The position numbers and the translations under genes are program-made. DNA of 64,000 nt. It comes from Adineta vaga. Lineage: Eukaryota > Animalia > Rotifera. The stretch spans positions 2,294,001 to 2,358,000 of the forward strand of contig CP075493.1 of NCBI GenBank assembly GCA_021613535.1, given 5' to 3'. Under the pieces are notes generated by a model. That model was not told the DNA's origin, made no database searches, and saw nothing but the letters and a program-made list of their open reading frames with translations. Below, piece after piece: positions 11,306 through 25,154 of this stretch (its first letter is position 1; every line of letters starts with the position of its first letter).

Positions 11306-12535
11306 TCATTTTTGTTTTACAAATGATGGTGCCAAGAAACTGGTAAGTTCTTTATCTTTTAGCATATTCATAAATTCTTGCTTAGAAATTTTATCATCTT
11401 CATTTAAATCTAAAACGGCCATAATTTCATAAGCTACATAAGATACACTATGTTTTTTCGAATCAATTCCATGTAAAATAAAAAGAGCATGAACAATTTG
11501 ATAGACTTCGTTATAATCAATTGTACCATCACCATTTCGATCATAGGCATTATATAACCATTCAAGTTTTTCACGTGGTGTACTCGAATTACTATGAATA
11601 TAAATAGCAAGAAGAAATTCATCGAATTGTATAAAACCATCTTTCGATAAATTATCAAATGCACGAAAAATAAATTCGGAATAAACATCGGATGAATTGA
11701 ATGGAAGTAATTGTTGATAGAATTCAATAAATTCACTTTTATTTATACATCCTGAATGACAACGCGTTCGAAATGTTTCATAATAACGAACTATTTGTTC
11801 ACGAGTAAATTTCGTACGTTTTATTAGATATTCAACTTGATTCGATGTAAGTTCGTTCGTTGTCGTAAAATTTGGTATATCTTCTTTCTACAAAAGAAAA
11901 AACTAACGTAAGAAATATTATTTAAAATCAATTGAAATTACTTTTATATTCCATTTTGTACTACTAAACATGGGAGCCATTAATTCAAGTAGATCTGTAC
12001 ATTGATTACATAATTCAATAAATTCTTGACAATTCAATTGTCCATTTTCATCCTGATCAAATTTATCAAATAGAATTTTTAATTCATTTAATCGTTGATT
12101 GGTAAATAAACGTCCATGAATATGATAAATTAGATAAAAAAGATCAAGAAATTCATTTTGATCTATTTGTCGATCTTCATTTGAATCATAGAGAAGAAAA
12201 ATCCATCGAAGTTTATCATCAACATCAGTCTCTTGTAGACTAAGAGCTTTGAAGAAAAGAACTTCTTTGAAATTTAATCGCCCATCTTTATCTGTATCGA
12301 TATGATGAAATAATCGTTCGAGTAATGGTCGAGAATGACATAAATTTTTTAATTCATTGGAATATAATTCACAAAATTGATCGAATGTCGCATAACCACG
12401 TGGATAATATGTTAAAAACCGTACATGAAAATCATTTATTTGTTTACGACTAAAATTTGTATGAAGAGTAATATAGGTTATTTCTCGTTCACTTAACTCT
12501 GGACGTTCATTACGACTAGGTTGAAGATTACCCAT
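11306..12535 (-). CDS. Tandem double neuronal-calcium-sensor (recoverin/NCS-like) EF-hand protein, 2 exons (intron 11888-11941)
   Basis: Exon 1: MGNLQPS (possible myristoylation), TNFSRKQINDFH..F...YPRG, EF loops DTDKDGRLNFKE, DSNEDRQIDQNE, DQDENGQLNCQE. Exon 2, in frame: TKFTREQIVRYYETF..RCHSG, FRAFDNLSKDGFIQFDEF, EKLEWLYNAYDRNGDGTIDYNE, DLNEDDKISKQEF. Confidence 0.85.
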
Positions 12536-13072
12536 TGAGAGAAATAAATGACATAAGTCGGAAGAACGACTATGTCATAGACACTATTACATATATACTT
12601 TCTCTCTCTCGCTCGCTCTCGTTTTTCTTCTTTTTTTTTCACGAAGAAAAAACATCTCCGACATTGAAGAATAAGGAAAAGCACGACGGATGTGGATAGT
12701 GTCATGGGTTACATGCAAAAATTCTTTTGTTGTTCTATGACTCATAGAAATCAACATTGTCTCCTTTGCTTTTTTTAGATCAATGTAATTATGTTCTTTT
12801 GGAAATGTTTTTTTCTTAAATCTTCTTATTGTCAAACATATAATCATGTTCAATTCATAATATCACGCTGTTTTCAATTTCTTTTTAATTTAGCTTGGAA
12901 AGCAACACATGTAATTGAATAAAACAAAACAATCATATCCTATTTTCAAAATTAATCTTTTCTTCTTTTTTTGTATTTTAGTTTTATACATTTATATTTA
13001 TTTGGTTTACAAGTGGTCCATTGACAAATTTATGTTTATATTGATATTAATTCAACAAAAATTCGTGTAATA

Positions 13073-14422
13073 ATGTCTCGTAGTGTTCGTGATCTACGTG
13101 AATTAATTTGTTTATCTCGTTTTGGTTTTCGTTCGGATGAGAATGATATTGAAAATTCTTCAAATGAATCACAAAATAGCATACTCTTTTATTTTGATCC
13201 TTCTCTACTCAACAATTGGCTCGAAATAACTTCATCACGTTTAGAAAAATTACGTTCATTATCAACAGATACATTGATTAGTTTTATTTATTTTTGGTTA
13301 AAACAATTCGATCATCAACATAAACAATCATTATTTCAAATGGAATTTGAATTATTTATTGAACATTTAATTTTAGCCTTTACACCAAACGATGTGAATT
13401 CAATTCAGATTAGTCAATTTGCCAGACAAATTCTTCATGATATTGATAAACAAATAGGAATATATACAATAGAAAATGATTATTATTTCGTTTCTATTAT
13501 CGATATTTTCAATCGATATAAACGTGATGAACAATATCGCAATTTACTAGCGAATTTACCCAATGAATTAACAATAAATATGAATAATCGTTTACATTTA
13601 CAATGGATGTTAGCTATTCGAGCATTTGGTTTAGTTGCTATGTGTATAGCAGCAGTAGACTTTTTCGAAAAGATTCAAGATACTTTAAAACAAAATCGAC
13701 CAATAGGTATTTGTGTTTCATACTTCTCAATTTCTATATCTCATTAAAATCTCTATATTTTTAGACAAATCCCATTCTTCTCAATCTAATGATCAAATTA
13801 TATTCAATACTCCATCTGAACAATTCAGAGCTCGAATTCTTACTGCTCTCAGGTTGATTCAATTGTATTTCTACTCAAGAAGGAACATTTGTTTACTTTT
13901 GATTTATTTAGAAAAGATTATATTGAAGTTATTGACTATTTTATTAAAACTAATCAATTAACTGGCGATTCTCTTGATGATCAAAATCGAAATATTCTCT
14001 TTCATTCTTTACCTTTAGGAAATCTATCTATGATTGAACATTTACTCAAATCAGTTGAGTTATTCGATGTATTTCTTCTTCATTTCAATATCTATTCATC
14101 ATTTTAGAATCTTCCTCACTTGGATATCAATTCACTTGCTCAATCTGGCAATAGTCTTGTTCATGTTTGTATAACTCTTCAATCTCTTGAAATTCTTCAA
14201 TTACTCTTAAAATATTATCCGAATATTAATTTAAATCAACGTAATCAACAAGATGCTACGCCTCTTCATCTTGCCATAATATTTGATAATCTCGAAATGA
14301 TTCGTTTTCTTGTTCAATCAGGTGCTGATGGCAAATTAACTATGAAAAATAAAACATGTTTAACAATGTCCAATGAATTTACTAATGAACCGTTGATTGA
14401 ATTTTTTTCTAAACTTGTTTAA
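13073..14422 (+). CDS. Uncharacterised protein with an N-terminal helical domain and C-terminal ankyrin repeats (4 exons)
   Basis: ORFs 13073-13747, 13889-14107 and 14120-14422 joined by short GT-AG introns. Ankyrin consensus GNSLVHVC and DATPLHLAIIFDNLEMIRFLVQSGAD. Confidence 0.8.
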
Positions 14423-14621
14423 AGAGAAAACGAAAGTCACTTGTGATAAAAACAAAGCATTCCATTGAAATAATAGTTGTGTACTTTTTATTAATTATTA
14501 TTCTTAATATTATAATTATAAGCGAATGAATGAAATACAATAAATTGACAATATTAATAACAACAAAAAAAAATACGAAAGAAAGAAGAAAGGGGAAAAA
14601 ATGGGAATGTAAATAGGATCT

Positions 14622-17023
14622 TTAAAAAGAATTTGATTCTTCATATTTGATGTTTTTCTTATTTCGAAAACATGGAAACCAATTATTAGGTAGTATTTTG
14701 AGATTTTCAGCTTGATACTTTTCAGCAAATTGAATACCAGATGCAAAAAGATTCAATGCCTGACGATGAACACGTACTTGAATTTCATTTCCAGTGATTA
14801 ATTCTCCATCACAAGACCAATTACCACCACGTTTTCGACCTGTATTAATTGGACGTATAAGAACTTCACTAACACGATATCGTTCAACATTTGGTAAATC
14901 TTCTATTGTTCGACTATCATTCGCAACTTGCCAAAGAAAACGAAGAAAACCAGTACGCCATGAACGTTTAACAAGAATTAAATCAAATGTTCCATCACCT
15001 AAAAAAATCAATTAAAATAATTCTTCTCCTCAAGAATTGTTCTTACCTAGATGAACGAACGGTGACATGCCATATTTACTTTTTGCACAACGACATGGCA
15101 TATTAAGACAATTAATTGTTGTATATCTTCCTTCTCGTCTGATTTTTAAGGGTAAATGAACTTTTCCTGCATCACGTTTTTCTTCATCAGCACAAAATCC
15201 ACAATTACGACTACAAAATGCTACAGTTGGCATAACAATTTTATCGATCGTATTTGTAGATATATTCTTGGAATTTTCGTCTATCAATTGTTGCTGATCA
15301 GGTGCAATAGTTGATGTTCCTCCAACATTACTCAACGATGTTGATGATGGTGGATGACAAATTTGAGCTGATGCATGAGGCGATAATGTTATTGTTAATT
15401 CACTGTGATATGATGTATTACGAACAAATTGACAAAATCCCGCAAGATCATATCGTAATGGACCTAGACAACGCCATCTATCTGACTGATGTATAATATC
15501 ACCGAAAAATCCATATGCAAGCATTGTTGCCATAAAACGAACAAAACCATTTTCATTATGAACCTAAATAATTAAAAATAGAACATATTAAACTATTCAA
15601 TACATTCTCGATTTTGATAAGAATAACTTCTATGAACTAATAGTAGCCTTTTCTTACCGTCGTTATATCAATGGCTAATGATTCTCCAACAATAATTTGT
15701 AATGCACTAGTCACTGGGTCATTCAAACCTGTAGTGCCAAAAACTACAGCATCGGTTGAACCGGCTGGAATAATTCCAATTCTTAACTTTGGTCGAACAA
15801 TATCCACTTGTGGATTATCAATATTGATTTTACCATCATGAGCAGCTCGTAATAGAAGACCATGACAAAGTTCAGCAAACATGCCGTCACCTCCAACACA
15901 CACGAGACCATCATAATCATCTAGTACTTCATTAATAACATATTCTTGGGCATGATTAGCACGTTCCGTATAGATTGTTTGAACAGCTATATTTGCTTGT
16001 TGAAATATCGGCAAGACTTTCTTATCATAGACAACACGTGCACGACCTAAAATTTACATATCATAAGTTGATAACAGATATAACATGTGATTCGAATATT
16101 ATTATCTTTAGGTCAAAATTTATCTCGAAATCTGATCAACATTGAAAGTTCTCATTTTTTTTCGTAAACAGATAGATTTCTATTATGACGTCATAGACAT
16201 TGAATGCGTACTTTGTAATTCCTATGCAACGGAATTGTGTACGTGTCTACACTACTTAAACCGATAGAACGAGAAGAAAAACAACTTCAACTAGCATTTT
16301 CGAAGTCGTTTGTTTTTTCATACCTTTGCCGGATAATGGATTAACAAAAGCTAACAATCGATGTGGCCGTTGAATTAATGTTGATAAACAAAGATTTAAA
16401 TTTGTATATAATTCATTCGCAAGATCTTCATCTTTTAATTCTAATTCTAAAGTTTTAATACTCCATCGGATTGAATCGGAAACATCGACATAATCGATTT
16501 TAATTGTAGTTTTAAGTAATAAAATTGCGTCACCATCTTGATTTGATAATGAAGAGAAAAATCTTCGAAAACTAAATTGTCGACGTTTTATTATACTTTC
16601 GGAATTATTCGAAGATAATGTTATATGACTTGAGTCATGAGATTGTTCAGACGTTGGTGTTGTTCTTTCTGATGAAGCATTTATTGATGTTGTTGGTTGA
16701 AGATTTTGAGTAAAACTTTGATTAATTTTTTTCGGTAATGATGTCGTTTGTTTAACATTCAATAAATGATTAAGAGTAATCGTTTCTGGAATATTCCAAT
16801 TGGATTTTTTGTCATCTAATAGTTGAAAATGTAATCGAGTTAACGAAGGTTTTATATGTGCTATTGGAATGTCAGTGGCAGTAAAGTCAAGAGAATCGGT
16901 TGCTAATGTAGTCAGATTCGATAGAACATTCACTAATGTTTCATTTTGATTATCAACATAGATGCGTAAACGATAGAGATCAGTTTTGATAAAACATGTT
17001 GTTGAATATAAAATGGACGGCAT
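14622..17023 (-). CDS. CERK: Ceramide kinase (DAGK-catalytic domain)
   Basis: FVNPLSGKG, TERANHA, CVGGDGMFAELCHGL, GIIPAGSTDAV, YGFFGD...LGPLRYD, the CERK-type CxxxCxxC motif (CSRNCGFC), CRCAKSKYGMSPFVHLGDGTFDLILV, WSCDGE. Confidence 0.93.
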
Positions 17024-17787
17024 TGATACGATATATGTTTTGGAATAATTAGAAGATAAAAATAGCAAATAAGAAAGAATCTTTTCGAATTAGATATCTA
17101 TTGAGTTCAATGAATAACACAGACGAAAAACAATAAATAAATATATATTGAGAACTGTACACGTTTACACGGGTCGGATATTTGTCGTTTGTCGCTGTTT
17201 AAGAGACGACGACGACATTGTAAATACTTGTGATGGCTAAAAAAGAAACGAGAATTAAGTATTATAGATGTAAAATTAAGTGAAAAAATATAAGAACAAT
17301 GTCGATCTTATCGTAGGCGACTAACCTTTTACGGACATTTTTACAGGCAAAAAAAAAATTTTATCAGCGAAGGGGTTTGGTTCTCTACTCCGACTGATTT
17401 ACATATTGACAATAAAACAGCCTTCGAATTTCGATTGAAAAAAAATATTTATCGACATTCAACAAAACGAACGATGGATACTCGCTTCTCTTCTCTTGTT
17501 GTTCTTTCTTTTTCCTTTTCTTTTTCTGCGAGACTAATCAAGCAATCAAATAACCAATACAATAGCACAGATGGCGCATCTGTTTCTATCATTTGTAAAT
17601 CAAAATGATCGACAAGATTTTTCGAAGACTTTTTTAAGAATTTTTGTTAAAAATAAACAAGAAATTGTTGATGAATATGATTCATAAATACTTAGCAACG
17701 TCCTCGATTATCCACGTTCATGGATACTGAGTTCACCTTATATGAATAGAAGAATATTAACATTTCGTGAGTCAAAGACAAGTACAA

Positions 17788-20700
17788 ATGGATAAATATA
17801 TGATTATAGCGCCAATTGGCGAAGGATCTTTCGCAAAAGTTTATCGTGGTCGAGAAAAATATACTGGACGAGTTCGTATTGATTGAACGATACATTTTCA
17901 GACGAGAATTAGTCTTTTTTAGGATGTTGCATTGAAGTTTATATCCAAATTAGGTAAAAGTGAAAAGGATTTAAATTCTTTACGAGGTGAAATTAATATT
18001 CTACGAGAAATGAAACATGAAAATATTGTTGAAATGCTCAATAGTTTTGAAACCAGCAATGAAGTAAATTCGACATGATGATTGATGATTTAAAAAATCT
18101 TTCATTTTCATAGATTGTTGTTGTTACAGAACGTGGTTTAGCTGATCTTTATCAATTATTAGAAGATGATGTTAGTTTACCAGAAGAAACGGTATGGAAA
18201 CGAATAATTTCATGATTTTATAATTTTCTTTCGTTGTCTTTTTCAGGTTCAAAAAATTGCTTGTCAATTAGTATCCGCTTTGTATTATTTACATTCTCAT
18301 CGGATACTTCATCGAGGTTTGATTCGTATTTATCTAGTAATCAAATTTGAAATTGATTTGAATAGATATGAAACCACAAAACATTCTCATTTTTCCGGCA
18401 GGCAAAGTTAAACTATGTGACTTTGGGTAAGTGATGTTTTGATATGTACTATCACTCGTATGTTCTATTTAGTTTTGCTCGAAATATGACAATGGATACG
18501 ATGGTATTAACATCAATTAAAGTACGTATTGTTTTTCTATGTATATATATCTGTTCTAATTGTATATGTTTAGGGAACACCATTATACATGTGTCCGGAA
18601 TTAGTGGACGAAAAACCGTATGATCATTCAGCAGATTTATGGTGAGTTGTTAGAATAAAGATTGCAGATGATAAGTAAAATCATGAACTATTTTTAGGGC
18701 ACTCGGATGTATTTTATACGAAGTTTATCATGGTAAACCACCATTTTTTACCAATAATGTTTTTCATTTAATCAAAATGATTGGCAAAGGTATGACTATT
18801 CTTTTTTATTTTATATTTCAAATAATATTGAATCTTTATTAGAATCTGTTAAATGGCCAAAACCAATTAGTCCAGATATGCGTAGTTTTCTTGAAGGTCT
18901 TTTGACAAAAGATTCGACACATCGTTTAACATGGCCTGATCTTTTACAACATCCATTTGTTCGAACAGGAGTAAAAGGTAGAATATTCATTTCTGTTTTT
19001 CCAAATCTAACCTCAATTCTCATTGTTTTTTTTCTCTATTCAAATTGACTAGTTCCAATGTTAACTGAATCCATTGTGGGCCCATTGACACAACCTCCAA
19101 CTGAAGAACAACGAATCTTAAAACAACAACAAATTAAAGCAAAAGGTGTTTCACGTGGCCCCTCGAAACTTCTTTCGAAATTCATGCCAGATGAACATCG
19201 CAAAGTGAGACTCGTCGTTCGTTTTTTCCTATTGTATTCTTATTGTCAATTTATTTATCTAGCAAGAGGCACAAAAATCACCTGGCAATAAAGATAAAAC
19301 TCCAAAGAAAACAAAAATACCCACACCACAAAAACCTGAAGTACAACCACCCGCTCCATCTCACGCACCACCTCCTCCTCCACCGCCAGTACAACCACCG
19401 GTGCTTCCAGTCGAACCAACTATCAATCAATCAGCTCTTGTTGCAGATTCTCTTGCCAGTCATGAAGATAAATTCATTTCTGCACGTGAAAATCTTCATA
19501 CACCACGATCAGCTGAAGAACAAGAAATTGAACAATATGCTGAACAAATCGAATCTATGTCGAATGAACAATTAATGGCTTTACTTCAACATCCACCATT
19601 TATAAAACTACTTCAAATTATTCAAACAACGATCTTAGGCAAATTATTAGAATGTACATTAAATGGTGCATCATTTTATCGTAATGCAATGAAAATTATT
19701 CGTTTTACATTACAAGCAGAAATCGATCCTCATTTAACAATCTCATTTATGAATACAATTCATATACCAGATCTACCAATAAAACATCTGAAAGCAATAT
19801 TAGAACATCCAACTATTCGAAAAGAAGTAAATTTTATCGATCTTTTTTTTTCGGGAGAAAAACAAACAAATTTTTCAATTTCTTTTGTTTAGCCTTGGTT
19901 TGCTCATGTTCTTTATGATATTCTCATTATTTTACGTCTTTGGTTTGAATTAATAACTGCATATACACTTCAACAATTGGATGAAGGACAATGTCAATTC
20001 TATTTAGATATGTCTCATGAATTTCTTGAACAAGTAGCTACAATATTAAATATTGCATCATCATTAGATTTAACTATTTGCTGTGAAACATTAATGATAT
20101 TGATTATTCTTTGTGAATCCTATGAAGATGCATCTCCAATACTTTGCCAAGCATGGTATGATCCAATACGTTTAGATAAGTGTCAAATATGGTCATCAAT
20201 TGGTCAATTAATAACTATACCTTTCAAAGCAGAAAGTAAAAATTAACTTGGAGAATTATTTCAATAAGGCTGAAAAATGCTTTTCTTTTTTTTTGAAAAA
20301 CTCAGGTTCAAATGCAGAAATTCATAGCGAAACTTTAATGTATACTGTAGCTACAATTGCTGCTTTAACTTATCCATCACAATGTTTACCAGATGAATTA
20401 CTCGATGCAAAGATACGAGTAAGTAGCACATCTTGTCTTTTTAATCAAAATCTTTCTCTAAATATCATATTTTACAGGTAGCGAATTCTCTTGCATTGAA
20501 ATTACTCGATTCTAACTATACAGCATTTCGGGATGTATGGCTTGGTCAATTTCATACACCAAAATGTAGTTCAAATATTCTCAAAGTATAATTTTGTCTT
20601 ACCATTTTGCTTCAACATTCTCATCATTTAGGCACTCTATGGGTTGTGTTTATCAACACCACGTTTTAGTGCATTTTTATTCGAAGGATCATTCTTATCC

Positions 20701-23259
20701 AATGAACTACTTAGTTTAATTCGTGGTCAAGTAAGATTATATGAAAATATTCTATTTCACTTCTTACTTTATTATTTCAATAGATTACAACAGAAGAATC
20801 AGATTTAGACGAAGCAATTGAATTATCAATTCATCTCAGTACTGTCATGATTAAACAAATAATATTACAATAGTAAATATATATTTTCTTTTGAAATTAT
20901 TAATTCGATATATATATATATATATATATATTAGTGATAACAATACACGAATTGATTTACGAAATCCACCATTTATTAAAGAAGATCGTAAATTAGAAAA
21001 GTAAGATGTCATTTATGTCTTCTTTATAACTGATGTTTGCCCTTTTTTGTTTTCTTCAATATAGACTTCAACCGATTACATCTCATATTGCACAATTAGC
21101 AATGACAAGTCAATTGCTTCCACAACGAGCTGCTTGTGCTCTTCATCTCGTTCATGCAATCTTATGTGGCATGAAATTTGCATTAAATTTTGATGAATAT
21201 ATTGATAGTCTTTCGACTATATTTCTTCAATCTGAATGTGATGTAAGTAGATATCAATAAACGTAACAAATCTTATATTTGTATTTAGTTTATTGTACGA
21301 TTTCCATTTCAACATGGACTTCTTGATGGTTTTATAATGCTCGTTTTTCATATTGTACAAATGGATCCACAAAAATCAATTAGTTCATTAATTGATAGTG
21401 GTTTATTTCATATTTTATGGCAACAAGTTCGTGCAGCTTTTCATTCTTTGCATCAGAATGATATGAACGAAGAAATATCGTTGGTTGTAACACCTGATTG
21501 GATCGTTATCTCACGTGATGGTATTCATCAATTACTTCAATTAACATTGGAACTATTTCTTCAAGTAATAAGAAAAAACTTGCATTTCGTCTCTTTTGTA
21601 AAAACATATAAATCATCTTTTAGCGTATGCATAAATGTTTAAGTTTACTTATTCAACCTGATAGTGTTATCTTTGAATCATTAAGTATGATGTTAAGTAA
21701 AGAATTAATTGAACAATTAGATATAAAGTATGAAGGAAATGATATTAGGAACGAAAATAAAATTATCTTCAAAATATTTCTAGATCTTCCATTTCATTAA
21801 CAACAGAAGTTGTAACATTAATATGTAATATATTTATGTTTCCATTTTCAATTGAAACAAGTGAAACATTTCTCGAACGAACATTAGAGTAAATTTGAAA
21901 ATTATTATAAAATATCAAATAATAATTGATATCTTCTATCTTTAGATTATGTCATCGTTATGATATTATTCAAAAACTTCTTTGGGTTACAATGACACAT
22001 TTACCAACCGATCGCGTTGAAGTATCAGTTGGACTTGTAGCACAATTAAGTTACTATCAAGAAAGTAAGAGATATGAAAGAGAATAAAAACAAGATACAC
22101 GAAAATCAATGTTGTATTTTAGCTGCTCGAAAAACTATTAGTCAAATGCTTATGGATGATGTACAGGTAAATATATCATTTAAAATCTTCTTGAAATTTG
22201 TTTTTTTTATAAACAAATTGTATAGAAGATGTGATCGATAATACTTGAACTATATCTGTTTTAGTTATGTCAATTCTATGCTAATGTACTCTATGGAAGT
22301 AATGAAAGCGAATTTATTCTATGCGATACATTCTTTACATTTACAAATTTGATCAAAGCTACTGATACTGTTGTACCATCATTAAGTGATATTATTAGTG
22401 GACCACAAAGTAATAAAAGAAAAAGAAAAACGAATGAATTGATTTGATTTTTAACTTTATCTTTAGATGATTTTGATGTTTTAAAACGAGCATTATCTGG
22501 AAGTAATTTAACTAAAGCTAAATGTTGTTTTCTTATGGGACATATGACGAAATCATCTCGAACATTCTGTACAGTTTTGAAAACTCATCCGGATGTTTTG
22601 GATCAATTACGTCAATGTTGTTTTGAAGAAGATTCTCACGTTCGAAAGGTAAAATCACAATATTTCTACACACCTTTAAATATCTATACCTATTAAAAAA
22701 ATTTAGATGGCATTCTTTGTCTTAGGAAATTTCATTTCTACAAATGAAATTCTCTATGAATATGTCGATGAATTAACACCATTCCTTGTACAAGCATTGA
22801 ATGATACAATATCAAAGATACGATCACATGCTGTTAGTAAGTATCAAGTAGTTTTGTTTGCTTTTGTATTCAATCTACTTATTCTTCCATAGATACACTT
22901 GGCTTTTTGGCACGTTATCGTCTATCTGATCGTTTAATTGAATTAAAAGTACCAGAAAAATTATTAGATGTCGCCTGTCATGATACGCATGTAACTGTTC
23001 AAGAATTTGCTCTTCGTGTATTAAAACAAATGTTAAAACACGAACGAGGAAAAGAGGTTCGTTGATAAAAACTTTCTCAAAAAATCGAACAAATTCTTTT
23101 CTTTAGATTTTACACGAATGTAATGCAACTGATAAACTTTCGAATTTACTTTCAAATCTATGTATTCAATTAGAAAATAATCAATATAGTGAAGTAGATG
23201 GTTTAGTAGATGAATGTGATGATCTTTTGAATCTATTAATTGAACCATGTAATACTTGA
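17788..23259 (+). CDS. STK36: Serine/threonine kinase 36 (Fused) with C-terminal ARM/HEAT repeats
   Basis: [100 protein letters not shown], followed by a long HEAT-like region ending IEPCNT*. Confidence 0.94.
20908..20930. repeat. (TA)n microsatellite in an STK36 intron
   Basis: Direct reading of the sequence. Confidence 0.9.
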
Positions 23260-23516
23260 ATTAGAATCTTTGTTTGTGTTTTTCTCTAGTCTGTCAATTT
23301 TGTTTGTTTGTTTGTTTTTCATTCGATTCTGTAAATAAATTTTCGTTTATCATATATTCTTCACTATACATGTTATTGAAGAAAACACAAAAGTTAATCA
23401 TAGCATGCCGGACGATGATAATCATTCGTTCTTTCTCTTTCTCTCTGTGTTTCGTTCGATAACATCTCCGTCGGATGGATTTCATCTCGTCATCATCATA
23501 GAATAAACATTTTCGA

Positions 23517-25154
23517 ATGGCTTCGTTTCCATCTATTCCATGGGGTTATTTGGAGCCAATAAATAATATTTATCCTCGAGGAATTTTATCAAAATCTTCC
23601 TATACTATCGGACGTCATCCTACTGAATGTGATATTATTCTTGATTCCAAAGAACTTCGACAACATGAATATTTTATACATTTAAGTTCCAAACATTTTC
23701 TTATCGAATATACGGATAATGGTCGATCAATTTATTTTCGTGATGTCAGTAGAAATGGATGTTATATCGATGGAGATTTAATTCATCATTCGAAAATTTT
23801 ATTACAAAATAGTGAACATATTATGTAAGTAAATCATTCAATTACAAAAGTAACTTTCTTTTCACTCATTCATTTAGTTCTCTTGCATTAAAAGAAAATC
23901 GTGCTTATCGATTCATACGTTTATCGGGTTTATTTGATGTTATTAATCTTGATGAACGATATTTAAAAGGAAATCTTCTTGGTTCAGGATCATTTGCAAA
24001 TGTTTATCGAGTTATTTCACATGTTACACATACACGTCGAGCAATAAAGATTATTAATAAAGATCAATGTGAAAGACAAATTGGTCCAGGATTTTCCAAA
24101 TATCTCTATCGTGAAGTGTAATTTTTTTTTCGAAATTTAATTGCATATTTAAATCATATTGTTCTTGTTTTGATTTAAGATCTATTCATGGAAGTGTCGA
24201 TCATCCTTGTATTCTTCGTCGTTTCGATGTTTATCATGAAAAATCCGATCTATTCGTGGAAATGGAATATGCAGCAGGTGGATCATTACTTGACCGAATA
24301 CATAAAACATATATCATGGATGAAGATGAATGTAAATTTATTTTTTATCAAATTGGTTGTGCATTAGCATATTTACATCGATTAAAGATTGTCTGTTGAA
24401 TTTGATATGAAAACTATGATTTTATTTACGCTTTTTTTCTTTGACATGTAGGTTCATCGTGATATAAAACCAGCAAATGTTCTTCTCATGTCAAATGAAC
24501 GCGAAACAGTAGCAAAATTAAGTGATTTCGGTGTAGCAAAATATGTTTATGCATCTTCAAGATATTTAAATACAACCATTGCTGGTACTCAGCAATTTAT
24601 GGCACCTGAAGTACAATTTCAAACTGGCCATTCAACAAATGCAGATGTAAGTATATTCATTAGAAGTCCAAAGAAAATAATCGCAAAAAAAACTAATTTG
24701 AGTAAATAGAAAACAAACATTTTGTTTATCATAAACAAAAATCTAATCGCTTTTTCTGCTTCAATGAAAAACAAATTAGTCCTTTTTTGCTGATAAATAT
24801 TATTCTAATTAGATCAGTGAAGATATTCTTATGTATTAGAACAAGGTTGCTGAGAAATTTAGTCAATTCTTTTCATTTTAGGTTTGGTCATTTGGTATGA
24901 CACTTTTAAATGCATATGTTGGAGATACTGTATTTCGTTTACGTGGTATTCGAGCTTTAAATTCAGTTTCACATACGAAAAAAGATTTAAAAGAAACTAT
25001 AACAAAAACACTAGAAAAGAATACTTATGCTCGACCAGATATGAATCAATTATTTCGTTATTCATGGTTTCGTGATAGTGCATGTTTTGAGCGCATTCAA
25101 AAACTCGTTCAAGTACAAACTGGTAAACTATTAAGTTTACCTTATGAAAGATGA
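23517..25154 (+). CDS. FHA-domain serine/threonine kinase, CHK2/Mek1-like (divergent)
   Basis: FHA motifs IGRHPTECD, SSKHF, DVSRNGCYIDG. Kinase motifs LGSGSFANVY, AIKII, MEYAAGGSL, HRDIKPANVLL, DFG, GTQQFMAPE, DVWSFG across 5 exons. Confidence 0.82.
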
